DNA from: Blastocatellia bacterium
Lineage (GTDB): Bacteria > Acidobacteriota > Blastocatellia > RBC074
Assembly: GCA_031371805.1 (NCBI GenBank)
Contig: JANMKB010000163.1
Span: 1-42,863 of the forward strand
Direction of reading: 5' to 3'
Length of the DNA: 42,863 bases
The notes under the pieces are model-generated. The model was not told where the DNA came from. It saw only the letters and a program-made list of their open reading frames with translations, and ran no database searches. The position numbers were made by a program, and so were the translations under genes. Positions 19,470-29,358 of the stretch are shown piece by piece. How positions within the stretch are numbered: position 1 is the first letter of the stretch; every line of letters begins with the position of its first letter.

Positions 19470-20032
19470 ATGAGTCCAGTCACACATTTTCTCATCGGTT
19501 GGGTAACTTCAAATTATGGGCAATTAAGCGCCCGCGAACGAGTAGCGATCACACTTGCCGGAATTGTACCAGATGTTGACGGCTTGGGAGTCGTAGTTGA
19601 TTTCCTCACCCACGATGAAAAACTAACTCTCTGGTCTAAGTATCATCACGTCCTCGCGCATAACTTAGCGTTTGCCTGCCTGTTCGCTGGCGCGTGTTTT
19701 TTACTTGCCAGACAACGATTGAAAACAACCTCACTGGCTTTGCTAAGTTTTCATTTGCATCTGCTGTGTGATCTGATTGGCTCGCGTGGGCCGGATGGTT
19801 ATCAATGGCCTGTTCCATATTTTTTTCCTTTCTCAAAACCTGGGAAATTACCTGGCAGGGTCAATGGCAGCTCAATGCCTGGCCTAATTTCCTCTTTACA
19901 TTTTCAGCCCTCGCGCTGACTTTTTACTCGGCCTGGAAACGCGGATTTTCACCGCTCGAAATGGTTTCCGCCAGGACGAACGAAGAGTTGATCAAAAACC
20001 TGCGGCAGCGTTTTTTCAATCCATGTGGCTAA
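19470..20032 (+). pseudogene. DUF457 (YdjM-like membrane-bound metal-dependent hydrolase) gene split by a 1-nt frameshift
   Basis: ORF 19470-19919 carries the N-terminal two-thirds (…GSRGPDGYQWPVPYFFPFS). ORF 19805-20032, in the next frame, carries the expected continuation (WEITWQGQWQLNAWPNF…AWKRGFSPLEMVS). The junction is at the A4 run 19835-19838. Confidence 0.65.
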
Positions 20033-20182
20033 ATGTATGGAAAAGAAATAGTTGCGAAATTTCAGTCGCAATGATAAACAATCTGTTTGCAAACTTCTTG
20101 CAAACTCGTTCTTCCATATTTTCAGGTAATTTTTAAACCCCCAAACTCCCAAAACTGGAAAACGAAAGTTGAGGACAAACAA

Positions 20183-21322
20183 ATGGCTAATTCTTCAGGA
20201 GCAACATCATCCAATTCTTCTGGCAATTCTTCCGGCGCACTGCTGATGCCGCGCATGGTCACGGTGGCCGCAGTCCAGGCCACACCGGTTTTTATGAGTC
20301 TGGAGGCCAGCCTGGCTAAAGCGCTTAATTTGGTCACCGAAGCGGCCCTTAAAAAAGCGCAACTGGTCGTCTTTCCTGAAGCGTGGCTGCCTGGTTATCC
20401 CGCCTGGCTTGAGTTTTGCCGCGATGTTGCCGTGTGGAATCATCCGCCGGTAAAAAAATTGTATGCGCACCTGGTCGAAAATAGTGTCATCGTTCCCGGC
20501 CCAACGACAGAGACATTGTCTGCAGTCGCCGCTGAGCATCGCTTAACGCTGGTAATCGGCGTGATTGAGCGAGTGGCTGAGGGCGTGGGCAGGGGAACGC
20601 TTTATAGTTCGCTGCTGACCTTCGGCCCCACTGGTGAACTCATAAATCACCATCGCAAATTATTGCCGACTTACAGCGAGCGCCTGATTTGTGGCCCCGG
20701 CGATGGGCGCGGGTTACGGTCGGTCAGAACTTCGACAGGGCGGATTGGGGGGTTGGTGTCGTGGGAGCATTGGGCCCCGCTGGCACGTCAGGCAATGCAT
20801 CAGGCAGGCGAAGATTTGCACGTTGCGGCCTGGCCTGCGATTGGAGAAATGGCGCAAATTTCCTGTCGGCATTATGCTTTTGAGGGGCGCTGTTTTGTGA
20901 TTGCCGCAGGTTCAATTATGCGCGCGCGCGATCTGCCTGCCGAGCTTGAACCAATTGCCGAAATTGCCAATGATCCCGACAAGCTGATCCTTGAAGGTGG
21001 CAGCGCTGTCATTGGCCCGGATGGTAAATATATTGCGGGGCCGGCTTTTGATTATGAAGCGATTGTAATGGCGCGCATTAACCTCAATCGCATTCGGGAA
21101 GAAAGCCTGATGATGGATGTGACCGGACATTACAATCGCCCTGATTTATTTGAGCTAAAGCTTAAATCAGGCGATGTGGGAATAATTCAGGCCTTGCCAA
21201 ACCCACTTGACGATTCGAAGCTGCTTACAACCCCATTGCCAACAGAAGATATTCCAAGAGAAATGATGCCGGATTTTCCAGAAAACCTGATGCAGCAACA
21301 ACAGGAGAAATTGGCTTCCTAA
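20183..21322 (+). CDS. Nitrilase-branch carbon-nitrogen hydrolase homolog with Ser in place of the catalytic Cys
   Basis: Conserved Glu ([12 protein letters not shown]) and Lys ([12 protein letters not shown]) motifs. The nucleophile motif reads [13 protein letters not shown], with TCG at 20759-20761. I prefer the start at 20183, which is preceded by GAGGAC. Confidence 0.8.
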   Translation: MANSSGATSSNSSGNSSGALLMPRMVTVAAVQATPVFMSLEASLAKALNLVTEAALKKAQLVVFPEAWLPGYPAWLEFCRDVAVWNHPPVKKLYAHLVENSVIVPGPTTETLSAVAAEHRLTLVIGVIERVAEGVGRGTLYSSLLTFGPTGELINHHRKLLPTYSERLICGPGDGRGLRSVRTSTGRIGGLVSWEHWAPLARQAMHQAGEDLHVAAWPAIGEMAQISCRHYAFEGRCFVIAAGSIMRARDLPAELEPIAEIANDPDKLILEGGSAVIGPDGKYIAGPAFDYEAIVMARINLNRIREESLMMDVTGHYNRPDLFELKLKSGDVGIIQALPNPLDDSKLLTTPLPTEDIPREMMPDFPENLMQQQQEKLAS

Positions 21323-21345
21323 AACTTTCTCAACCTAAAAATGTA

Positions 21346-21377
21346 AATCGCCGCCTGACTAATGCCAGGCGGCGATT
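21346..21377. terminator. Bidirectional terminator hairpin between convergent genes
   Basis: 12-bp stem AATCGCCGCCTG/CAGGCGGCGATT with an 8-nt loop, and T-rich flanks on both strands. Confidence 0.6.
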
Positions 21378-21408
21378 CGTGTTTATACCGAAATAATTTG
21401 CGGACAGA

Positions 21409-22104
21409 CTATTTCTTCGATTTGGCAGCTTTTCCTGCCTTACGTCCACCGTATTTGAGGACAACCAGTTTAATGTTCTGGCGACCAAAGCTTCGAGCTT
21501 CACGCGAGGAAGGCATCCAGACATCAATCTTTTTGCCTTTAATTGCACCGCCTGTATCGTGAACGGTGTAAACACCAGAATAATGCCCCGCCTTCAATTG
21601 CACAACGCTGCCAAGCGGCAAAACGCGTGGATCAGCGGCAATCACGCCGCGCCGCACATAAGTTCCCATTCTGGTACGACCACGCAGGCTATAAGCAGTG
21701 GCTTGAAAAGCGCGTGGCGGATCAAGCCCGACCAGGTCAAAATCAGCACCTGCATTGGTTGCTAATTTGGCAGCATTAATCACCGAGACTTCTTTTTCCA
21801 GATTGAGTCCCGGATTGGCCGGTTTGACGTTTGGTTCAATCGGCACAGGCAGTTTGACAGCGGTGGTTGTATTTAGAGCCGCAGATAATTCTTTCGTTTG
21901 GACTTGATTTTGGTTATTTAAGATGACTTCGGGCTTGGAACTGACAACCGCGTTTGAAGTTTTGCCTGGGACTTCTGAAGGTAATTTAGTGGATGTTTTC
22001 CAGGCTTCTCCAAGTGAATGACTTTGGGCGTATGCGCTGAAAAAACTAAAAGTGAGAAAGAACACGCTGGTGAGTGCGCGGGGGGAAAATAATTTACTAC
22101 ACAT
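21409..22104 (-). CDS. Secreted 3D-domain (MltA/RlpA-like DPBB fold) protein, putative cell-wall-binding or lytic protein
   Basis: Signal peptide. C-terminal 3D-domain pattern ATAYSLRGRTRMGTYVRRGVIAADPRVLPLGSVV...VHDTGGAIKGKKIDVWM. Confidence 0.75.
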   Translation of the reverse strand: MCSKLFSPRALTSVFFLTFSFFSAYAQSHSLGEAWKTSTKLPSEVPGKTSNAVVSSKPEVILNNQNQVQTKELSAALNTTTAVKLPVPIEPNVKPANPGLNLEKEVSVINAAKLATNAGADFDLVGLDPPRAFQATAYSLRGRTRMGTYVRRGVIAADPRVLPLGSVVQLKAGHYSGVYTVHDTGGAIKGKKIDVWMPSSREARSFGRQNIKLVVLKYGGRKAGKAAKSKK

Positions 22105-22431
22105 AATAAAAAAACACTCCTTAAAGATCCTATGTTTACTCCTTGATTATTGTTGTTGATGTAACTTCGTAACTAACGTCTCCCTCGATGCGGATCAAGC
22201 ACATATTACGTTTATATTAATGTCTAAAACGTCTTGAGGGTTATTGCGTGGTATCGCGTTTAGTGGGCATCCACTAACAGAGGTTCGCTGAACCTTCCTG
22301 CAATTCTGACTTATTCAAACAGCATTAGTTGAAGCTTTCCGGCATAAAACGTTTGTGAGCCTACCACAAAGAAGTGGAAATGAAAAATGTACCTGGTGGT
22401 GTGTAAAAATGTTATTAAATTTTCCTGTCTT

Positions 22432-23415
22432 TTAATCCGACGAAATCGCTTTGAGTAAATCCTGCCGCGCAACTGTCGCGGTGCCAACTTTCCCAACGAC
22501 GATGCCTGCTGCGTGATTGGCAATGATGGCGGCTTCTGAAATCATTGCGCCGGCGGACATTGCTAAGGTCAGCGTCGCAATCACGGTATCTCCCGCACCA
22601 GTCACGTCATAAACTTCCCGCGCCATCGTCGGAATATGCGTAATTGTCTCCGTTTCAAAATCATAGCTGAGTAAAGTCATGCCGTGTTCACCACGCGTAA
22701 TCAGGATATTCGGGCAGCCCAGCATTGCACGAATTTTTTGGACGGCGGCCAGCAATGATTTTTCATCCGTAATTTCGATGCCAGTAGCGCGTTCAGCTTC
22801 AAGTTGATTTGGAGTGATAGCGCTAATGGGATGATAGTTGGAGAAGTTTTTAATTTTAGGATCAAGACAAACGATTTTACCCTGCGCCAAATGCAACACA
22901 TTTTGCAATAAACGTGGCGTGAGCAGCCCCTTGTCATAATCAGAGACAACCACCGCATCAGCATTTTTCAGGGCTTCAGCAAAAGCTGCCATCATTTGAT
23001 TTTCAATGGCCTCGGTGATTGGCGCTTTGCTTTCACGATCTGCCCGGATCATTTGCTGCTGATGGGCCACAATGCGAGTTTTGACCGTCGTTGGGCGGGA
23101 TTCGTCACAAATCAAAAAATTTGTTTCGGCTCCGGTTGCGGCAAATATTTGGCGGAGCTTTTCTCCGGCGCGATCAGCACCGATCACTCCAATTGGAATT
23201 GCCTGTGCACCCAGCGCAAGCAAATTTGCAGCGACATTACCTGCGCCGCCTGCATGCCAGCTCTCGCGGTTGACTTCGACCACCGGAACTGGAGCTTCAG
23301 GAGAAATCCGGCGCACCTCACCCCAGATAAATTCGTCCAGCATTAAATCGCCCAGGACGATCAGGCGCTTGCCAGAGAAGTTATTAATGATTTTTTCGGC
23401 ACGTGCTGGCTGCAT
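22432..23415 (-). CDS. hldA: D-glycero-beta-D-manno-heptose-7-phosphate kinase (RfaE domain I, PfkB family), kinase domain only
   Basis: VLGDLMLDEFIWGEVRRISPEAPVPVV, GGAGNVAAN and a C-terminal DVTGAGDT motif. It sits in an operon with a GT9 heptosyltransferase. Confidence 0.85.
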   Translation of the reverse strand: MQPARAEKIINNFSGKRLIVLGDLMLDEFIWGEVRRISPEAPVPVVEVNRESWHAGGAGNVAANLLALGAQAIPIGVIGADRAGEKLRQIFAATGAETNFLICDESRPTTVKTRIVAHQQQMIRADRESKAPITEAIENQMMAAFAEALKNADAVVVSDYDKGLLTPRLLQNVLHLAQGKIVCLDPKIKNFSNYHPISAITPNQLEAERATGIEITDEKSLLAAVQKIRAMLGCPNILITRGEHGMTLLSYDFETETITHIPTMAREVYDVTGAGDTVIATLTLAMSAGAMISEAAIIANHAAGIVVGKVGTATVARQDLLKAISSD

Positions 23416-23443
23416 AATTTTTAGTCACAAATTCACACAGATT
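23416..23443 (-). repeat. Second copy of the tandem AATCTGTG-type motif, abutting the heptose kinase start codon
   Basis: Minus strand reads AATCTGTGTGAATTTGTGACTAAAAATT-ATG. It occupies essentially the whole 31-nt GT9-to-kinase spacer. Confidence 0.6.
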
Positions 23444-23446
23444 TAT

Positions 23447-24517
23447 TTATTGCAAAACTTTATCAATCGCGTTCATCGTTTGCATAACGGTAATGGAGCG
23501 AATGCACTCCGGCTCAGCAAACGCGGTGCAAGTGTACATCGCGCAGGGATTACAGGCGAAAGGGTTCTGCACGAGTTCAGCTTTTGCCTCAGCCCACGGA
23601 CGCCAGCGAATTGAACTCGCAGGGCCGAACAAAACCACCAATGGAGCTTTGACCGCCGCTGCAATATGCGCCGGGCCGCTGTCGTTCCCGACAAATAATT
23701 TGCTGGTGGCGATGACTGCGGTTAATTCTCCGATGCTCAGCGAGGTCAACGCGGCAAGTTTTTGTGAAGTTGCCGCCTGAACATTTTCGACCTGTGAAAT
23801 CTGCTCAGCCGTCGGCGCTCCCGTCAACACAATCTGGTAGCCGCGTGCCAGCAAATTTTCGGCGATTTTGGCATAGCGTTCTGCCATCCAGCGCTTGGTA
23901 TAAAATTCGTTAGTTGGAGCCAGCACAACATAAGGCTTATTAAAATCAATGCCTGCCGCCGTTAATTTGGCCTGCGCAGTTTTACTTTTTTCCGGGGCGA
24001 CAAAAATTTGTGTCGCGGCAGGTTTTTCGTCAGGCAGGCCAAGCCATTTAAACCAGGCAAATTGCGATTCAACCGTGTGCAAATTGTCACGTCCCAGAAT
24101 TTCATCCGCCGCTGGCACACGATAATTGTAAGCATAGCCGTTGCGAAAATGTTCCGCACCGAGGCGATATTTCGCGCCACTCGTGAAAGTCAGTTGGGCG
24201 CTGGTCGGGCCGCCGTGCAAATTGACCACAGCCGCAAATTTGCGCTGCCGAATTTGCCTGATAATGCTGAACCGCGCTGCCAAAGTACTTCTTTTTTCCT
24301 GCTGCCCACGCGTTAAGGGAAGAGCTTCGAGATCGGGATCAGCTTCGTAAAGATCGGTGTAAATCGCCTCAACCAAAGTAGTGATTTGCAAATCCGGACG
24401 ATATTTTTTGAGCGCCCGCAAATTTGCCGTATCAAGCACGGCTTCGCCTAAATTTCGCAAGCGAATAAACAGAATGCGCGACGATTTGGGAAGTTGCTGA
24501 AAGAGGGGCAATGTCAC
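23447..24517 (-). CDS. Glycosyltransferase family 9 (LPS heptosyltransferase)
   Basis: GT9 pattern ILFIRLRNLGEAVL near the N-terminus and C-terminal LFVGNDSGPAHIAAA. I prefer the GTG at 24517, 4 nt after the Trm112 stop. The listed ATG at 24577 would overlap the upstream gene by 56 nt. Confidence 0.8.
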   Translation of the reverse strand: MTLPLFQQLPKSSRILFIRLRNLGEAVLDTANLRALKKYRPDLQITTLVEAIYTDLYEADPDLEALPLTRGQQEKRSTLAARFSIIRQIRQRKFAAVVNLHGGPTSAQLTFTSGAKYRLGAEHFRNGYAYNYRVPAADEILGRDNLHTVESQFAWFKWLGLPDEKPAATQIFVAPEKSKTAQAKLTAAGIDFNKPYVVLAPTNEFYTKRWMAERYAKIAENLLARGYQIVLTGAPTAEQISQVENVQAATSQKLAALTSLSIGELTAVIATSKLFVGNDSGPAHIAAAVKAPLVVLFGPASSIRWRPWAEAKAELVQNPFACNPCAMYTCTAFAEPECIRSITVMQTMNAIDKVLQ

Positions 24518-24521
24518 AGGC

Positions 24522-24734
24522 TTAAGCGGCAGGCAGTTCAGATGAGGCAGTTGGAGCAACAATCGCTTCGTCAGCAATTAAGACAGGGATGCCATCACGA
24601 ATTGGATACAGGCGCTGGCAGCCTTCACATTCCAGGCCATTGCGCTCAGTATTGGCTTTAAGTTTGGCGCGGCAAACTACACAAATTAAAATTCCACCTT
24701 CAGTCAATTCCTGCAATTTGGGATTGATGCTCAT
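24522..24734 (-). CDS. Trm112/YcaR-family small zinc-ribbon protein (UPF0434)
   Basis: 70 aa. Cys-x2-Cys ... Cys-x2-Cys arrangement (CVVC...CEGC) and the hallmark YPIRDGIPVLI motif. Confidence 0.75.
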   Translation of the reverse strand: MSINPKLQELTEGGILICVVCRAKLKANTERNGLECEGCQRLYPIRDGIPVLIADEAIVAPTASSELPAA

Positions 24735-24739
24735 GATGA

Positions 24740-25807
<1,068 letters not shown>

Positions 25808-25848
25808 AAATCCTTTCATTATCACGCCTTTCTGTGATAGCGTTTTCA

Positions 25849-25909
25849 GACTGCCGCGGCTTACCTGCTGACAACAGTAGGACAGAGCTTGCGGCAGTCG
25901 CGTTTTTTT
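25849..25909 (+). terminator. mdh terminator
   Basis: GACTGCCGC ... GCGGCAGTC stem with a partly paired interior, followed by GCGTTTTTTT. Confidence 0.6.
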
Positions 25910-25987
25910 AGTTGCCCGGTTGGGGTAATCTTACCGGGTATTTCAAATCTTATTTATTTGAAATTCAGGAGTAGAGGAAAATCTATT

Positions 25988-26470
25988 GTGAGTGAAGTAA
26001 CAGAATTAAGTGGAAAAGAAAGAGTTTTGGCTGAGTTGAAAGCCTTCCAGCATGAATTAGCCGTCGAATTGCCACGCGCTTTGCGAACGGCTGTGGCACA
26101 TGGCGATTTGTCGGAAAACTCAGAATACAAAATGGCGCGCGAGCGGCAGGATTTTGTGCGCGCGCGCGTCATGCAATTGCAGCAGCAGGTCGCCAAACTT
26201 TCCAGCATTGATATCAGTAAATTGCCGCATGACCGCGCTTCTTATGGCTCGACAGTCGTCCTCAAAGATATTGATCGCGGCAATGAAATTACCTATCGCC
26301 TTGTCACGCCGGAAGAATCTGATTATGAAAAAGGCCTGATTTCTACCTCATCCCCGATTGGCAAGAGTTTGCTGAATAAGGAAGAAGGCGACGAAGTAAA
26401 GGTGCAAACTCCGAATGGCGTGCGAAATTTTGAAATTATCAAGTTGACGACGATTCACGATACCGAGTGA
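25988..26470 (+). CDS. greA: Transcription elongation factor GreA
   Basis: Coiled-coil N-domain with the [10 protein letters not shown] acidic tip, and C-domain [23 protein letters not shown] start at 25988, 12 nt after AGGAGTAGAGG. Confidence 0.85.
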   Translation: MSEVTELSGKERVLAELKAFQHELAVELPRALRTAVAHGDLSENSEYKMARERQDFVRARVMQLQQQVAKLSSIDISKLPHDRASYGSTVVLKDIDRGNEITYRLVTPEESDYEKGLISTSSPIGKSLLNKEEGDEVKVQTPNGVRNFEIIKLTTIHDTE

Positions 26471-26567
26471 AACAGGGCGCAGGCGTTTGACTCTCGGCAA
26501 AGACACACATAGACTTCTCCAGTTAATTTAAAGCGTCATAAAATTCTAATAGGTCAGGTTTTAAGGT

Positions 26568-27134
26568 TTGGCTTTTAATTCGTCTTCTACAAATAACTCA
26601 TTTATCCAGAAGCTAATCACGATCGTTCTCCTGGCTGCCGCTTTTTTAGTTAGCGCCGGGACGGTAATTTATTACTCACTCAGAGGTAAAGAAGTAACGG
26701 TTCCTAATCTGGTTGGCAAATCGGAAGGTGAGGCTGATAGATTGCTGGCGGAACAGGGGCTGCGATTAAAAATTCGTACGCACGCAACGGATGAAAAAAT
26801 TCAGGCCAACCTCGTCAGTGAGCAAATCCCCAGCGCTGGCTTTACGGTCAAAGCAGGTCAGGTTATTGGCGTCAACATAAGTACCGGCATTGAAGCCCGG
26901 GAAGTGGCAAAAGACATGAAGAAACCTGTGGTTGCCGCCAAACCAAAACCGAGCGAATCCCCGAAGAAAAAACCAAAGCCTAAAGAAGGAGACAAAGACA
27001 AAAAAGACCCGTCTGAAAAAGACACGGGCAAAAAAGGTATAGGTAGCGATGACAAATCCAAGCCTGCGCCAGCATTAAAAACTTCACTCAAACCCTCCCC
27101 TAAACCCAGTCCGAAAAAGGCTGAAGAAAATTGA
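26568..27134 (+). CDS. Membrane-anchored single-PASTA-domain protein with a Lys/Pro-rich tail
   Basis: One TM helix, then a PASTA-like module (VTVPNLVGKSEGEADRLLAEQGLRLKI...VSEQIPSAGFTVKAGQVIGVNIS), then a KPKP/KK low-complexity tail. TTG start, so the start codon is uncertain. Confidence 0.65.
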   Translation: MAFNSSSTNNSFIQKLITIVLLAAAFLVSAGTVIYYSLRGKEVTVPNLVGKSEGEADRLLAEQGLRLKIRTHATDEKIQANLVSEQIPSAGFTVKAGQVIGVNISTGIEAREVAKDMKKPVVAAKPKPSESPKKKPKPKEGDKDKKDPSEKDTGKKGIGSDDKSKPAPALKTSLKPSPKPSPKKAEEN

Positions 27135-27140
27135 TGAATT

Positions 27141-27809
27141 ATGGTTGAGATCGCCCCTTCAATTCTTGCGGCAGATTTCACCCGCCTCGGCGAGCAGATC
27201 ACGGCGGTTGAGCGCGGTGGCGCGGCGTACATTCACGTGGATGTGATGGACGGACATTTCGTGCCGAACATCTCAATTGGTCCGTTCATTGTCCAGGCGG
27301 TGCGGCGCGTGACCTCCCTGCCAATTGATTGTCATTTAATGATCGAAGACCCCGATAAATATATTTCTGCTTTTGCCCAGGCAGGTGCAAATATGATTTC
27401 GGTTCATCCTGAAGCGACATATCATTTACATCGCACAATTAGCCTGATTCATCAATCCGGTTGTCAGGCCGGAATCGTATTAAATCCGGCGACACCATTG
27501 TCAGCTATCGAAGAAATCGTCAAGGACGTGGATTACGTGTTGCTGATGTCCGTCAATCCAGGTTTTGGCGGGCAAAAATTTATTGCAGATTCGCTGGGAA
27601 AATTACGGCGGCTCAAAGCGTTACTATACGAACACGGCTCACACGCTCGCATTGAAATTGACGGTGGAATCGGCTCGGAGAATGTGGCTGACGTAGTGGC
27701 GGCAGGCGCGGAAATTTTAGTTGCCGGCTCGTCAGTATTCGGTCAGCCTGATCCGGCTGAAGCCGTGCGAAATTTGACGCAGTTGGCGTCAAATTTAATT
27801 ATGGCGTAA
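27141..27809 (+). CDS. rpe: Ribulose-phosphate 3-epimerase
   Basis: APSILAADF..., [24 protein letters not shown] and IEIDGG motifs. Confidence 0.9.
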   Translation: MVEIAPSILAADFTRLGEQITAVERGGAAYIHVDVMDGHFVPNISIGPFIVQAVRRVTSLPIDCHLMIEDPDKYISAFAQAGANMISVHPEATYHLHRTISLIHQSGCQAGIVLNPATPLSAIEEIVKDVDYVLLMSVNPGFGGQKFIADSLGKLRRLKALLYEHGSHARIEIDGGIGSENVADVVAAGAEILVAGSSVFGQPDPAEAVRNLTQLASNLIMA

Positions 27810-27887
27810 ACTGTTTGGAAATCTCTTGTTTGCCCTAATAATAATTGCCGTACAGCTTACGGCTCATTTTTTGAGGAGTAGTTTTTT

Positions 27888-29054
27888 ATGAAACAGAAGA
27901 ACCTCACTTTGTCACTGTCAATGATATTATTTTTGGCGCTTATTATTTTGGCAGGCTGCGGCAAAGGGAAAAAAGAAGTAAGAAATGAAAACATCGCCAC
28001 GCCGGGACGCGACAAAGAATTATACGGACAAGCCTCTGAAAAGCTGCGCAAAGGCCGTTATGATGAATCGCGCCTGCTTTTCAACGTGATTGTTTCAACC
28101 TATCCCGACAGCGAATATCTTTCGCTTTCCAAACTTGCCATCGCCGATTCTTTTTACCTTGAAGGTGGCAGCAGCAATTTAGAACAGGCTGTCTCGCAAT
28201 ACCGCGATTTCGTCCAATATTTTCCCACACATCCGAAAGTTTGTGATTGTTATCTAAAAATGGCCGAAGCCTATATGCGACAAATGGGCGCGTACAACCG
28301 CGATATGACCAAGGCTCGCCAAGCTTATAATCAGCTCAATTCTGCTAAGCAGAAATGCAGCAATTCTCCAACCCTGGATCAGGTAAACTCAAATCTGGGT
28401 CAGGTTAAAGAGATCCTTATTTTACACGAGATTGATGTAGCCGAAACATATATCAAGCGTTCAGCCTGGAAATCGGTCGAATTGAGATCGCGCGAAGTCG
28501 TAGAAAAATACGGCAAATCCAACTTCCGTGACCTCGCCTTGTATTACCTAGGTATTTCCCTGATTGAGCAGGAACAGCCCGAAGAAGCTTCCGTTTATTT
28601 TACCGAGATTGCCCGCGATACGCCTAACAGCGAATTCGCCTCTGATGCGAAAGAATTTCTGGGGAAATTAGGGAAACCGATTCCCACTCCCACCAACAAC
28701 GATCCTGCTCCGCTGCGGCCTGGAAGAATCCAACAGTTTAAATTAATTTTTGGCATGAACAATCTGGTATTTGGAAAATCAGGCGTGATGATTGACCGCA
28801 AGGGAAAAATTGACAGGGCAGAAGAACAGAAAGCGACCACACCGCAAACTGATCCAAATGACATCAAAACCGTCAGAAGCCAGTCTCGCTCACGTACCAG
28901 CGAAGCAACGACGGAAGAGGCTCCCAAGCCACAAACTCCCGCCAGTGTGGATAATGGTACGCCCGCCCCGGTGAAAACCGCCACCAAGCCAGAAGCCAAA
29001 GTGGAGCCAAAACCTGAAAAGAAAAAAAAGGGCTTGCTGGGAATTTTTAAATAA
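27888..29054 (+). CDS. bamD: Outer-membrane protein assembly factor BamD-like TPR lipoprotein with a long low-complexity C-terminal extension
   Basis: Lipobox LAGC, YfiO/BamD-type TPR region (…SEYLSLSKLAIADSFY…YRDFVQYFPTHPK…) and a GAGGAG RBS. The last 110 aa or so are Pro/Thr/Lys-rich. Confidence 0.75.
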   Translation: MKQKNLTLSLSMILFLALIILAGCGKGKKEVRNENIATPGRDKELYGQASEKLRKGRYDESRLLFNVIVSTYPDSEYLSLSKLAIADSFYLEGGSSNLEQAVSQYRDFVQYFPTHPKVCDCYLKMAEAYMRQMGAYNRDMTKARQAYNQLNSAKQKCSNSPTLDQVNSNLGQVKEILILHEIDVAETYIKRSAWKSVELRSREVVEKYGKSNFRDLALYYLGISLIEQEQPEEASVYFTEIARDTPNSEFASDAKEFLGKLGKPIPTPTNNDPAPLRPGRIQQFKLIFGMNNLVFGKSGVMIDRKGKIDRAEEQKATTPQTDPNDIKTVRSQSRSRTSEATTEEAPKPQTPASVDNGTPAPVKTATKPEAKVEPKPEKKKKGLLGIFK

Positions 29055-29070
29055 ATTTTATTGATAATCG

Positions 29071-29117
29071 GTAGTCAGCAATGAACATTGAAGAACTTCA
29101 AATTCATCGCTGACTAC
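29071..29117 (+). terminator. Hairpin after bamD
   Basis: GTAGTCAGCAATGA ... TCATCGCTGACTAC forms a 13-bp stem with one mismatch. The T run begins only about 20 nt downstream. Confidence 0.45.
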
Positions 29118-29358
29118 GGGTTATCCGTAACTGTTTAATTTTTTTATTGTCACCAATTGCAGATAATGCTAATTTCTCCAATGCCCTCCCTGGCTTGTCT
29201 GCCACGATAAGCTATAAGACCGAAACCCCAAGCCGCAAACAACCCAAAGAAATATTACTGATTGTCAGGAATTTTATCGTTGGCACAGGTGTTGAGACGG
29301 ATGATTACGGTAAAATGATTTCAGTCTTCAAAGTACATTGTCCGGGAGGTTCATATTT

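Noticed and set aside
23072-23614. 180-aa plus-strand ORF across the kinase/GT9 junction
   Set aside because: It is antisense to two conserved LPS genes and crosses their intergenic repeat, so it is not credible as a gene.
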